Shown here: positions 26,801-40,177 of the stretch, in pieces | How the letters are laid out: each line of letters opens with the position of its first letter | Position numbering within the stretch: the first letter of the stretch is position 1 | The notes under the pieces: model-generated | What the model was told of the DNA's origin: nothing | The model's input: only the letters and a program-made list of their open reading frames with translations | Database searches by the model: none | Position numbers and translations under genes: made by a program | Source of the DNA: Epiperipatus broadwayi | Taxonomy: Eukaryota; Animalia; Onychophora | Assembly (NCBI GenBank): GCA_028023455.1 | Contig: JAQFVV010000003.1 | Location: 10,850,001-10,914,000, forward strand | Reading direction: 5' to 3' | Length of the DNA: 64,000 nt

Positions 26801-29779
26801 ACTTATATTTAGGAAAAAATAGATTTATAGCAATATATTTGTTTCCTATTGCCATCTACTTTACCACTACTACTGATATTATTTCTATCTATGATATAAA
26901 TATCTCCTAAGCACAACAATTTAGTAAGACAGGGTGAGATGAGCAATTTTTAGAGCCCTCCAGAATAAGCAGGTTGTAAGGCTGCTTAAACATGTAATCT
27001 TTGCCATCTGAAATTCTTGTTACAAATCCAGTTCCAAAGTGACTCAATAGTGATTGTATTGCCTTGAACAGAGATCACAACTATCATTCTACTAAATCTG
27101 CCTTTATTATTGCTTTCTCAACTCTCAAGAACTTGAACTAAAAAAAAATAAAGAAAGAAAAAGAATTGAAGTTAAAAATTGTGTCTGTGTAGTTAAAGGA
27201 TAGAATCAAGTATACTATTATCACATTTAATAAAGGAAAACAACTGATAGCATATGAAATGTATGATGAAGAGAGAGATAGAATACATTGTTTGTATTTA
27301 AAACAATATCTAGCTTCAATGTGAAAGTAAGATATTAAAGAAATGGAGTTTTTTCTATCTAAAAAGTTTTATTAAAATAAAGGTGCAGGTGAAGACATTA
27401 AAAACAAAAGAAATAAAAATGAAACATATTTATCAGCTTGCACCAAATATTGCAGAATTTAAGATAAAGTTAAATATATTTGAGAATAACATAAAATATC
27501 TATATGAATGTGAGACTTAGAACAAATATCTTTTGAATTATTTTGTTCTTTGTAACTAATAGTGATACTGAATAAAATCCAACTGGAAACTGGACATATG
27601 TAACAAAAATATATATGTTCTATGTAAATATCTGCTCTAGGTATAATATGGATGCTAATGTTGAGAAAAACAATAGTCTGAAAAACTGAATATAAAAAAT
27701 TCTAAAAAATATGAAAAGTCATGGAATGAAATCATATAGATGATAGAATATTTAGCTATATCAAATTTCTTACAGCCAAAAATAGATATAAAAAAATAGA
27801 GAATAACAATATTGCCCAAATACAAATTCTATCATTGTGCTTAGAATATGATAAGCAAGCAGGTCTTACTGTTCTAAACTTACTCATCTTTCTTTTTAAC
27901 CACTACACTCTAAATTTTATAAATAATAATCAAATGGTCAATTCATCTTTAATGATATCAAATATCTTTAAGTTTTCCAAAACTAAAAATGACAACATTC
28001 TCATTGTTTATATAAATACAAAAATAATGTGTTATTATAGTAGGGAGTAATAACCCAGTCATTGCAATATTGAACATAATATTTATAAGAAATAGGTTTA
28101 TACTTATTTATGCGTAAAATTCAAAATTCATCATTTTCTTATTATAGAAATTACTATGATGAAGTAATCTATTTCTTGCATTATTAAAAATATATTAACA
28201 TCCACATGCATAATTTGAAATACCATATATTAAATTCACAATAATGTAATTACTCAGTATAATTTATACAGAATAATAATATAATTTTTATCATATAATC
28301 AGCCATCACATTATAATAAAAAAAAAAAAGTAGTACAGTATTGTACTAATTATTTCAGTAACTGATTTATTTGTTGGAAGTTTTTGTACAAGTGTAAAAC
28401 AACACCATTTGAATTTACATAAATCAGGATTAAATGTATGTATCTATTACTATTAATATGTAAAATCTTAAATTATGATTTATTTTAATAAAGATGCATT
28501 TGAACCCCATATAGGTATATAATTTTATTTTGTTTTCATGTTGAAAAAGTTTCTATTTTTGCTTTGGTATATATGCCAAAAGTCATAAAATATGTCTTAG
28601 TACATAAGTTTATGCTTCGTATATTTAATATATATAATATTGATGTCCCAATGTTATATTTTACTCTTAATTACTCTCTATCTTAAGCAAATTGTACTTT
28701 ACCATAATTATATCTAAGTTTTAATAATTTTCTTTTTATATAAAGTTGGCAAAACATTTTACAAGTCATTTTTAGGAGTTTTTTTTTTTTAAAAAAAATC
28801 AATTGATGGAATACCTTATGATACCACCACAGAATTCATTAAAAATGATGAATGTAATCGAATGCAAAAGTCATACTAACTTTCTTTTTTTAGTGTTGTA
28901 TATCAATAGTCAATAAGCCACTATCTTGAAAGTTTTATTACTTGAATTGTCATTATTTTACCAGTTTACTATATTAAATAATTTTGAAAGTTGGGAAAAT
29001 GATAATAGTCTAACAAGAAATAAAAAAAATAATAGCATTATTCTAATTGTACAAGCTTTTAATAAGACAAAATTAAGTTATGGTTTAGTTTTATATGAAT
29101 ATCTTGGCCCATTAAAAAAAGGAAAGGCAAACAGAAGTATTTAGAGATTATATTTAAAATGGTAAGTTTATAAATGAATATATTATTAATAAATATAATT
29201 TTAATAGTTAATTGTTCAGAAGATCATTTTATTTTTAAGTCCTAGAAGTGATGGTTTAAATTTGATCCAGGAATTCTTAACTCTAGAATCCATCTCTTCA
29301 CTAGTTACCAAATTACTTTTTAAAAAAAATTAGAAGGGATAAAGAAAACAAAAAGAAAGGGTGGGTGGAGATTGCATATTTTCATAAGAGAAATAAAATT
29401 ATATTGGAATGATTTGCAAAATGAAATTAAAAAATAAAGAAAATGAAAAATAACCTTCCAAAAGGACAATACCTATGAATTTATAAAAGAGAGAGATAGA
29501 GGGAATAGGGTTTAGAAAATATTCTCTGTAATCTGAAGAATGGTTTCATGGAAAAATGGTTTGAACATTGTATCCATTTCCTGAGTTTCAAATCTGAGTG
29601 TGGAAGTTTGATACATTTTAGGTATTCAAAGGTTTCTACACAAGCTAGAGATTTTTCAGGAAACTGGCCTATAGCCAATCCAAATAGCTTCCACTTATAG
29701 GCATCTAGTTATTCTTAGATAGAGGGTAGTATGAAAAATAAAACATCTCTCTAAATTGGCATTTGATTAGACTGGTAAA

Positions 29780-30800
29780 TAATGCTTCCTGCATAACTAT
29801 TCTATTACATGGGAATGCTAAAGAGGCCGTATGCGTTGACGTGGACTATTAAAAACTGTTACATTTATTTATATATATATAAGCACATATTCACACGACA
29901 GTAAAAATATATTTAGATGGAAGTTGGCTATAATAATTTTTGTAAAAAGTTGGTGGGAGGCAAAGTCAGGCTATCAGTAACAATGATGTGTTTAAACACG
30001 TGATAAACGATTATCAAGAGACCCTTGAGAGTAATAAAAGTTTCTTTCCAGCAGAAAATTTAACATATACCCACATTATTTCTTACAAATGAACATTAAA
30101 TTAGCTTGTTTAGAAACAGGTCGTTTAATTATCACTTAATTTACAAACTATTAAATAAGATTTTGATCAAGATGCTTCATTAGATTACTTGTTTAATAAA
30201 ACGTTTTAATTCTACAATCAATTTGATAATAAGAGACTAGTTAATAAACAAGATTTGTTGGGGGGGGGGGGGTATAATTACGAAAGCAATCTGAAGACAT
30301 GCAAATTAGCTTCTGAGAATTTCTCAGTTGCAATATTTACTGGCAGCATAAGCATTCGCATTCTGACCTTTCAAGACCACCAAGCAACCGCATTCCTTTA
30401 TTAATAGTGAGAATGTGTAGAGGGCTTAAAATAATAAATATAAGACAGTGTTAAAAAAAAGACCTACCTGTTCAACGCGGATATCCCAATCCCCAAATAG
30501 TTTCTTTCCTCGAAAATATTTTGACCTATAAATAAATGTACAAGATTGGTTAAAGCGACTTTCACAAATAGACTACCAGTAGATTTCATGTAATGATAGT
30601 AATTAATCATATTTCCTAAATGCATAAGTAATAATTAATAATACAGTACTAATTCAGGAGAACAGTTCAAATAGACGAAAACTTAGGAACTAATGAATAA
30701 TTTGGGTTTCAATATATAAATTCCTTTTAATTAAAATCAGGAAAAATTGTTTAAAACCCAATAAAAAATAATTATATATAAATATATGCGAAAATGTACG
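29780..30800. promoter_or_regulatory. CpG-retaining region with exon-like segments, possible promoter
   Basis: Cluster of CG dinucleotides and a G-run (about 30260-30272). Minus-strand exon-like segment at about 30468-30525 (atttatag|...|gtaggt). Confidence 0.25.
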
Positions 30801-30834
30801 TTATTAAAAATACAACTGTTATTGTCTATTTACA

Positions 30835-30960
30835 TACATGCCTTCTGGCATCCATTCATTACTTTGTCTTGCTTTGAGTGGCACTACTGTATGGAGAGAG
30901 TTTTGCCTATTTTAACAGCATAGTTATGAGCAAGCATAGAAAATAGTGATCATGTCATGT
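30835..30960 (+). mobile_element. Family H 3' fragment (no ribozyme core)
   Basis: GCCTTCTGGCATCCATT..GAGTGGCACTACTGTATGGAGAG..GTTATGAGCAAGCATA..GTGATCATGT. Confidence 0.85.
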
Positions 30961-31519
30961 GAAAATAACATGATCTTATTATGTGTATTGTTTACATATT
31001 GTGTTTATATACATTAGAATTCGTTTACATGTGTATGTACTGTGCATTGTTTTCATATCTATACAACAGAAAGAGAGTAAACGATGGGTTGTAAACAATG
31101 GCAAACTATCATCAACCATCATTAAATGTATTCTTTAATTGACTAGTTAAAGGAAAAGAAGTTATCATACATAAAATCATAAAATTATATTGTGATTAGA
31201 TTTTAATCATAGCGTGAATACTATTTCATAAATAAATCATTGAATGCATTATAATATGCAAACAAACACATTATCGTCAATATGCAAAACAGCATGATTT
31301 CAGTTCAGAACATCAGACTCACAATAATCAACCAAGAAAGAGTCAAATAGATAATAATACTAAATTAATAGCCAAAAATGTTAGAACTTAGTCACATTTA
31401 TACTGCTTGATCTTTAGTTCATTACATCATGAAAATTAGCAAAGTACTAAGCTTCCATACTTTTTCTTTTTCTATCATTTGATTTACTACAGGAATACTA
31501 ATGTTAAAATCAACTAAAC

Positions 31520-32260
31520 ATCACATAATCATCATTTCATATACTTACAAAAGCTGTTATTAACAGTAGCAAACTCTCCATACAGTAGTGCCACCCAGGG
31601 CAAGCCTTTGTAATCAATAGATGCAGGAAGGTCTGTGTATAAAATCCTCATCTAGTGACTACTCGGTCCAGCCTAGTTTCTAGCTTGTGGCTTTCATCAG
31701 TGAGGAGATTTGGATCCGAGAGCACTGACCTAGATCTAAGGATAAAATGCAACCCTAAAGCAGTGGCCTTTTACCTATTTAGTTAAGCATAAAGCTAGGA
31801 ACTCAAGATGAAAATACCTTAATGTCTTCAACCCAAGCTCATTCACTTGTATAGTCATATAGATCTGAATACAATTCAGCATCTATACATTTTGATGTCC
31901 TTGGTTTATCAAAAACCATAGTCATCATCATCCCATAGGCAGAAATAGTATAAAACCAAAAAAACATCACATGATTACTATTTCCTATGCTTACAAAAGC
32001 TGATATTAACAGTAGTAAACTCTCTATATAGTATTGCCACCCAATGCTAGAGTTATATTAGATCCTTAGATCTAGGTTCAGTACTCTCAGATACAAAACT
32101 CCTCACTGATGAAAGAAAACCATGAGTTACAAACTAGTCTGGGGATATTGAATGAGTAGGCACTAGATGGGGATTTTATTCTCAAGACTTTCTACATCCA
32201 TTGATTACTTGATTGCACTGGGTGACACTATTATATAGAGAGTTTGCTACCGAATACTAA
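31520..32260. mobile_element. Family H cluster (diverged subfamily): full minus monomer, partial minus tandem and inverted plus copy
   Basis: Minus monomer ~31520-31955 with a hammerhead at 31668-31707. Second minus 3' end at ~31955-32050. Plus copy ~32050-32260 with a degenerate hammerhead at 32100-32145. Confidence 0.8.
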
Positions 32261-33099
32261 TGTTTTGAGAACTGTTAATAATTGTAGGTGTTTTGTTTTG
32301 AACATTGAGGATATTGTGTTTGTTATATATTATATTCAGTATTTGATTTATCTTATTCTATTCATAATGTGTAAATATGGACAAAAAAACTGGAATAAAT
32401 TCTACAATATTCAAAATATCAATATGTATAAAATAAATAATAGTTTTAGAGAGCTTATGTCATGTCCACCATACTTAATAGCATTTATTTAATTTTTTAA
32501 AATTTAAACTGTAAAATGCTACTTAGGATGGGTGTCATGCCATAAATGGGCTATAGTTATTATTTATTTTTATATATTGGTATTTTGAATATTAAAGAAT
32601 TTGTTCCATAGTTTTTGTTTATTATATTTAATCAGATTTTATATATTTATAACTAATTATGTACTTAATACATTATGGGGTTATAACTTCTAATATCATT
32701 AATAACTTCTAATATTATTAATGTGATATAAAATGACTATTTTTTAAATGAATACAGAGGCTTCTGTACATAAGCCATATGCCATAAATCATCTTCCCTC
32801 AAAAAAAAAAAAAAAAACTCTTAAAAATCACAATAAATTTATCTACTTATTATTTATTATTATCCAATTACTTCTATAACCCTCATTATTTTTTTCCTCC
32901 TATCTCATTTTAATAAAATTTATTTCAATAGTTCCACTATCCTGTCCTAATCACCAATTTTGTTAAATGAAAAAATTTGATCTAAACAAAAACAAAAACA
33001 TGTCTCCTGCTCTCTGTACAATATATCCTGATTCTTTTTCAATATCTTAAATACTCCAAAAATAAATGTTCAATACTTTTTCTTCCATTTCTATATATC

Positions 33100-33500
33100 T
33101 GCAATAAAACAAGGAAAATTCTCCATACAGTATTGCCACTCAGTGCAAGCCAGAGTAATCAATGGATGCCAGAAGGCTTGTGCATAAAATCCCCATCTAG
33201 TGCCTACTCATCCAATATCCCCAGACTACTTTCTGGCTTCTGGCATTCATCAGTGAGGAGCCTTGGATCTGAGAGCTGTGCACCTAGATCTTAGGATCTA
33301 ATGCAACCTCACTGATGAAGGCCACAAGCCAGAAACTAGTCTGGGGATACTGGATGAGTAGGTACTAGATGGAGAGCTTATGCACAAGCCTTCTGGCATC
33401 CATTGATTGCTCTGGCTTGCACTGAGTGGCAATACTAAGTTTTGTCTGTTTTAATAACAGTTATAAGCAAGCATAAGAAATGGTGATCATGTGATGTTTA
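33100..33500. mobile_element. Family H head-to-head pair
   Basis: Minus arm ~33105-33305 (hammerhead at 33218-33260) and plus arm ~33307-33500. Confidence 0.9.
33307..33347 (+). ncRNA. Minimal type I hammerhead ribozyme (best-preserved family H copy)
   Basis: Stem I CCTCA/TGGGG; core CTGATGA (33312-33318); stem II GGC-cacaa-GCC flanked by an extra A on each side; GAAA; palindromic stem III ACTAGT; GUC cleavage triplet with C at 33341. Confidence 0.75.
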
Positions 33501-33899
33501 TTGGCTTATATCTGCAATACAAATTCTTATTTTGCTTTCTTTTGTTATTATCTAAAACTCCTGACTGTTCACCAAATAAAAATAACTTTTTTTTAGCATT
33601 ATCATATTATCCTTTCATATCCAATGTAATTTTTATTGTATATAATTCAAAACTAGTTAGTTCTCAGTAAAAATGTAAGTGCAACTGATTCTCTCTCCAA
33701 GTTTCCAACAGCATCATCTCCGAATCAATACATGCATTATATAGCAACATCACTTAGCTATGGTAGCATATTTGAATTATAAATTTTGACCTGAAGTATG
33801 AATGCTTTGTAACTTGACCCATGACGGAATAATGCATTAATATTAAATTTTAAATTGAACAAAAGTGCCATTATAACTTTTGAAATAATTCAGCTGTGT

Positions 33900-34800
33900 A
33901 TGGTGAAGAATTCATAAAACACAAAAATATTTTCAAATAGTTTGCAAGATCTTATGATGGCAGAGAGAGCATTGAAGATAACCTATGAAGATACATAATA
34001 CACTATTACATTTGATGTCATAACTCATTATCAAAACATAAGTGCTTTAAATTTTTTATTGTAAATGTCTAATCTAAATCATCACATAATACATATGTCG
34101 ATTTATAGATGGTATTGCAGGCCAGCAGTCTGGAGTCTTTCCAGAATTTGAATTCTTTTCCCCTAATTATCTATTTTCCCTCATAATTATGTAGTACATT
34201 CTATATACATTGATCCCATAAAATCTTTTTTATCCAATATATTCATTGTTCTAATCTAAATAATTCAATTAAACAGTTTTTACTAATTCATCCTCATGTA
34301 GAAACCTTCAATGATAAAGCCTATTACATCCACTAGCCTTAAAATTACATTCTCACAGGGAAAATGCACTTATTGGAAAACTTACATCACATTATAAATA
34401 TAGGTAAAACAGTGTTCTAAAAGTGCTTAGAATTATTAATAAACAACTCCTGTAAAGGTTCAATTACTTGATACTTGAAACATTTTTCTTATCAAATTAA
34501 ACATGAGGTCTTTCCCATCATTACATTTTTTTTTTAAATATAAAAGATATAATAACAGTAATGCCATATGTGGTATATTCTACAAAGCAGAGGAGGACCA
34601 AAGGCATTTTCTATTCCAATGCAGCAGTCTAGAATCAGTCAGAACATATATAAATACAATGCATAAAAAAAAGAACACCACCAATCACTTTACCATCCAT
34701 ATAATCATTCCCAAATGCAATCTCTGCAGAAATCTGCAGTATAAACATTTATACTCTATGCACTATGGTATACAGTGTACAACACTCAAACACTTTTAAG
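33900..34800. mobile_element. Highly degraded LINE fragments
   Basis: Plus-strand CCHC-like CGIFYKAEEDQRHFLFQC (ORF 34503-34799). Weak RT-like traces on the minus strand near 33950-34320. Confidence 0.4.
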
Positions 34801-36014
34801 AATATAATCAAAATAAGAGACAAAAAAATCTCTCAACCAGATATATATGCACCAACTTGTTCTCTCATACAGTAGTTTTCCAATCTATAATGAGATATGC
34901 TTATCCATTATTTTATCACTGTCTTTAAGTCATCTCTCACTTTTTTACTATTTCCAGAAATACTTCTGTAATATATTTTTTTTCTATACTCAATGTAATT
35001 TTAATCATTCATTCTGTATATCTAAATAAGAATATCTGTAACCTTTTTTCTCTTTGAATAAAATTTCTTTGAAATATATAAAAATCTTACAAACATTTTA
35101 CACTTACTTTTAAATTGTCTCATTAAAAAAGTTCATTCCATTTCATTTTAAACAGTATCATTTGCTGTTCACAATTTATCATCCAATTTATATATATATA
35201 TATATATCTTTTAGTATTCTATCTAAATATTTCTAACTTCATTGATCAATACAAAGTGCATCACATGTAAAAAAGAGGCACCATAACTCTCTTCAAATAG
35301 TTATACATACTCCAATTATATGAAAAACATGCAGATTTTTATTATACTTTTTGATTTTTTCTTCAATTTTAATTTCCCAACTATCCATACAATTTATTTT
35401 TGCATTTAACAAAGTGTCCAACTTCTCTACATTTTCAAAACAAATATCTTCTATTTTCCATTCTCTAACTTTACTTTTGCCATTAAATACTAAAATCTTA
35501 GATTATTCCTCATTAAATTTAATTTTCATACTTCTTTTTGCGTTTTCACTTTTCGGTAATAACAACTCAAAAATGTCACATCATCAGCAAAAAAAGACTG
35601 TCAGCATATTATATATTCTCTTAAATTCCAAATATATAAACCTTTATTGCTATCCTAATTTTTCTATCTCATTTTTCAATTCTTTTAGAAACAAAATAAA
35701 TAATTTCTGTTTCAAACTCAATTTACATTTAACTTCCACTGATTCTAACATTCTTAGCAATGCTAAATTATTCCCATATTTCAAAACTTCTCCACAGTCT
35801 ATTTCTATTTATCCTATCATAAGCCTTTTTAAATGCTTTTATTTAACTTAAGACTTTAGTTTATTTGGGTCAAATCCTGTCACCGATTTTTAACATATTT
35901 CTTCCGAATAAAGTTTTGTCAATTGATTTCAACGATAGTGCAATATAATATTGCAATATTTCAGGATTGTTCTGTGTTGACAGATCACATTTCAAAATAT
36001 TTGGTAAATTTTAA

Positions 36015-36750
36015 ACATGTGCAATAGATGGTACGCTATTTTTTTTAGCAAGCACATTCACTTAATTTGAGGAAGAAATTTTAGAGATATTTAATCTTAA
36101 TAAAAATAGAAAGAAATTAAGAAATAGATAAAATCTTAATTTCCCTTTCGATTGCTCATATTAAACTTGTTTTTTTAAACTGTTGCATTAATAAAAACAA
36201 AAATCTTGTAATCAACATTTAAATGCTTCCATTTAATTTGAGAAAGAATTTTTAAGGACATTTACAGTTAATTAAAAAAGAAAAAAAAAGAAAGGAAGAA
36301 TGAAATCTTAATTGTCCTTTGGATTGTTTATGTAAAACTTGTTTTTTTAAGCCACTGCCTTAATAAAAAGAAAAATCTTGTGAGTTTTAACCTACTTCTG
36401 CTATAGAAATTTTCTTTAAATTTTATATATGTTTAATATAAATGACAAAAAATTTCAAGGTTAGAATGAACAAATTATCTCCAAATTTTATATGTATTCC
36501 GTTAAGATGACAATGCAATATTTTAGAGTTTTCCTGTCTAACAATGTTGACATGCTGCAATTCAAACTGCATTCAAGTTGGTTCAGTAAGTTTTGAGTCA
36601 TGTGCAATAGATGGCACTATAGTTTTTAAGAAAATGCTTTCATTTAATTTGGGAAGAAATTTTAGGAATCTTTGCAGTTAATTATAATTTTTAAAAAAAG
36701 AATAAAATCTTAATTTCTCTTTGGATTGTATACATAAATCTTGCTTTTTT
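36015..36750. repeat. Diverged ~170-200-bp tandem-like repeats (about 3 copies)
   Basis: Recurrent TTAATTTG(A/G)G(A/G)AAGAA(A/T)TTT..AAATCTTAATT..TT(C/G)GATTG..AAACTTG(T/C)TTTTTT. Two units begin with CATGTGCAATAGATGG (near 36017 and 36600). Confidence 0.7.
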
Positions 36751-36845
36751 TCTCATGTGTCATAGCATCAGCTGGGAAGCGAACCCGCTAACCCGGGACT
36801 ACTGTAAGCAGCTGTCGCTGACCTCTCGATAACCAATGCTTGACT
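36751..36845 (-). mobile_element. 95-bp tRNA-derived retroposed element (mini-SINE or tRNA retrocopy)
   Basis: Reverse strand AGCATTGG..GAGAGGTCAGCG..GCTG-CTTACAG-TAGT..GGGTTCGCTTCCC..CTGATGCT gives an acceptor-like stem, A/B boxes and a TAC-centred loop. ~15-bp TSD AAA(T/A)CTTGCTTTTTT (36736-36750 and 36846-36860). Confidence 0.7.
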
Positions 36846-38899
36846 AAAACTTGCTTTTTTAAACTTTTGCTTTCATAAAAACACAAATTCTGTAACTGAT
36901 TTTAATTAAACAATTTTACTATATATACCTAAACAGTATAAATTAAAAATAATATTTATAAATATTTTATTTTAAAAATGCTTTTATTTATTTAACTTAA
37001 AAAATGAAAAAAAAAAAAAAATTTTTATAGACCATAATTTTGGTTGTCATATGTAATTTTAAATAAAAGGTTCATAAATTAACAAATTCAAATATTATAA
37101 TGTGTGATCAAATTTGCTTGAATTAATTAATTTATAAATATGCCATGCTTTTATTTAAAGTTACATATAACAACCTAAATTGTAGTCTAAAATAAAAATA
37201 TTTTTTGCTTTTCAATGCATTAGTCCTCAAATTAAATAAAAGCATTTTTCAAAAAATATTTATAATATACTTAATCTTTATTTAAAATACAATAAATAGT
37301 ATTTTATTTTTCTTATAATAGATTTCAATTAACTGAGATGTAATAAATAAACTATCTACTATCATTTTTGCCTAGATAAAATCCATTCAAAATTTCCCCC
37401 AAAATTTCACTTTCTTCTATTCAAATTCTAATACTACCCATTAACCTGCAATGGCTACAAATGGTATATCATACTGCTATTAACTTTCAAATATGTTAAT
37501 TTCAGATTATTTTTAAAATTGAATAGGTATCCCTCTTAGTAATTTCCTAAGTATGTATCTAAATCAAATGTTTGAATTTAGCTCACATAGTTTAAATTTT
37601 ATGTCTCACTCCCTTTTCAGATAATGGTATCTCATACTACTTGTAGTCTAAATGGCTGTAATTTTTTTTTCATCTTTTTCAAATGACCACTTTTTTTACT
37701 TTTTAAAATGAATATTATAAAACTTATTGTAACTAATAACCACAATAACAAAATGCAAATTTATTTCATTATGATAATTGATTATAAAAAAGCAATCAAC
37801 TGAATTCAGTTAAACAAAAGGAATTTTATTTCTTCATTTTTGTGACGTTATACAAACATTTTAATATATATTGTAAATAATGTTTATAATAAAAAATCAA
37901 GTTTGAAATATTTATATAAAACAAATACTTCTATAGAAGTGATATGAGATACTACTTTGTAGCAGTTATGCAACTAAACAGCACTGTAACCATTGCAGAC
38001 TAAGATATACATAAATATTTATAAATTATGAAAGTTACTGATACTAGTCTATAGATAGCAATCAACCTTTCCCATTTCCTCTATACAATAATCTAATTAT
38101 TACATCCTTCTATTCATCTGCGATTTTATTATCAGTCATAATTTTATTAAAATTTCTTAAATTAAGCTTTGGGCGATTATCATTACAACTATAATAACAT
38201 CTAATCCTTTTGTTTCATCTTTTTTATTCTACCTATTGCTCTATTCAATTCTATATCTCTCATCTCATAAATTAAGCTCTCTAATGAATGATATTCACTT
38301 ACCAATATATCTTTTATCTACAGTTTTTACTTTAAATTCATTATTCTTTCAAGTTATCCCCATCCTATTTTATTCCTCTGCATCTAATAATAGAATATCT
38401 CACTATTAAAAATTACTGTATATTAAAGATAAGATTTTCACATAGCTTAAAGCTAAATCTAACTTCTATAAAAATGTGTTACAGATATTAAGCTTTGATT
38501 TTATATTTTTTCTTTTAATTTTAGCTTATATAATAATTTATCCAACTGACATTGTAATTTATTTCCATATTATGTAGAAAATTTGCATAACTTAAGAATT
38601 AGTTTCATTTTTTTTAAATGTATTATAGATAGAAAAATGATCACATGATTTCCATTTTGTAATATCAGCTAAAGAAATAATAATTTGAAATTAAAAGTTG
38701 CCACTGCATTTTATCTTTTATTTGTTGTTGAAAATAAACTTTTAACATAGAGTTATAACTTCAATTTTTCTGGATTGTGCAGATAAAACAATTGTATAGC
38801 TTAAAAATTGGTTTAATACCTTTATCAAAATATATTACAGATAAAAAAAATAATCACATAATTGTCCTTTTTTACAATTATTAAAGGGATCACTATTTT

Positions 38900-39880
38900 A
38901 AATCATTATCAATACACTGCAGAATGGAGGTCCCTCTATGTTTAATCCAGCTTATCTGATCCACAGCCTCTCTTCTCCAAATTATACTGACAATCTTTCT
39001 TATTTCATCTATTTATCTCATAGTCTCTTATTAGGTCTTTTACAATTTTTTGAGATGCAACTTAAGACTTCAACAGTTTAGTAGTCATCTCTTCTAGTGA
39101 TATACCTAGCAAAGCTGCATTTCAGTCTTTTAAATCTTTCAATTATGACAGTAATATTTATTGGCTCTTTAGAATTCCTACTTGTTATTTATGACCTAAA
39201 ATGGCTGTATTGTCATTCTGTTAAGCATCCAAATCTTATTTCCATAAGTGAGAACTAATCAAATATATCTATCAGAAATCTTTATTTTAATACACATAGA
39301 AATACTTTCTTGTAATCTTTATTTCTAACAAAAGCTCTTATGCAAGTTTAATTACACTCAATTCTGTCTTTATTAATAATATAATTAAAGTAATTGTGAT
39401 TGCTAATTTCTTCTAATTTTGTTCTTTTTCTAAGAAAATCGAACTTTATTTTAGTGGTTTTTAGCAATTTCTTTAGTCCTACTTTCTTACTTTATCCAAT
39501 AATTTTTGCAACATTTCTTGAAACTCTATAATATTACTTGCAAAAAACACCCATATCACTTGCAAAATATAGATGAATTAAATAATCATTATATATTTTT
39601 ATTTCTTTAGTTTCCCATTTTAATCTGCAAAATACTTCTTGCATAACAGCATATGAAGATTTTGGAGATATGGAATCATTCTATAACACACCCTTTTCAA
39701 TATTACTCTTTTTAATATTACTACATAATCTATGCTGTTGCATATGGATAAATATTCTATCTTGATAGTCTAAAGCTTTAATCACTGTGGAAATGCTTAT
39801 AGAATTAAGTGCCTTTCTTTTGATTAAGAACTCACGAGGGAAAGTTTCTACCTTTATTATTAAGAAGTAATCTACTCTCA
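38900..39880 (-). mobile_element. RTE-clade LINE remnant (RT C-half)
   Basis: KRKALNSISISTVIKALDYQ..IEKGVL*NDSISPNL (39650-39850). Same family as 45305-47688. Confidence 0.7.
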
Positions 39881-40177
39881 TTTCATTTAAAAGTTTTTAT
39901 TAATGCAGTGATAATTATTTTTGTGGTCAATTTTTTTTATTGAATGATAAAATCTAACAACCCATGGGGAAAAAAAATATTTTGTGAACTGTACCAAATC
40001 TGTTATTCATTCAGGAAGTCTATATATGAAATTTAATAATCACACACCCATGTAAATACACTGATTATTGACAATATGGCTATATTCTGCCTGCTACTGT
40101 TTGGTGAAGTATAATTTCTAGTTTTAGGGTAAACTACAGAAGAAGGAATTGCATATGCCTTTATAAGTTTTCTACCG

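Noticed and set aside
26900-27140. Exon after a strong minus-strand acceptor at about 27138
   Set aside because: All three frames stop within 18 codons; it may be UTR or the 5' flank of the adjacent RTE.
35351-35851. 166-aa ORF as a membrane protein
   Set aside because: It is low-complexity and pyrimidine-rich, most likely the antisense of a decayed K/E-rich retroelement ORF.
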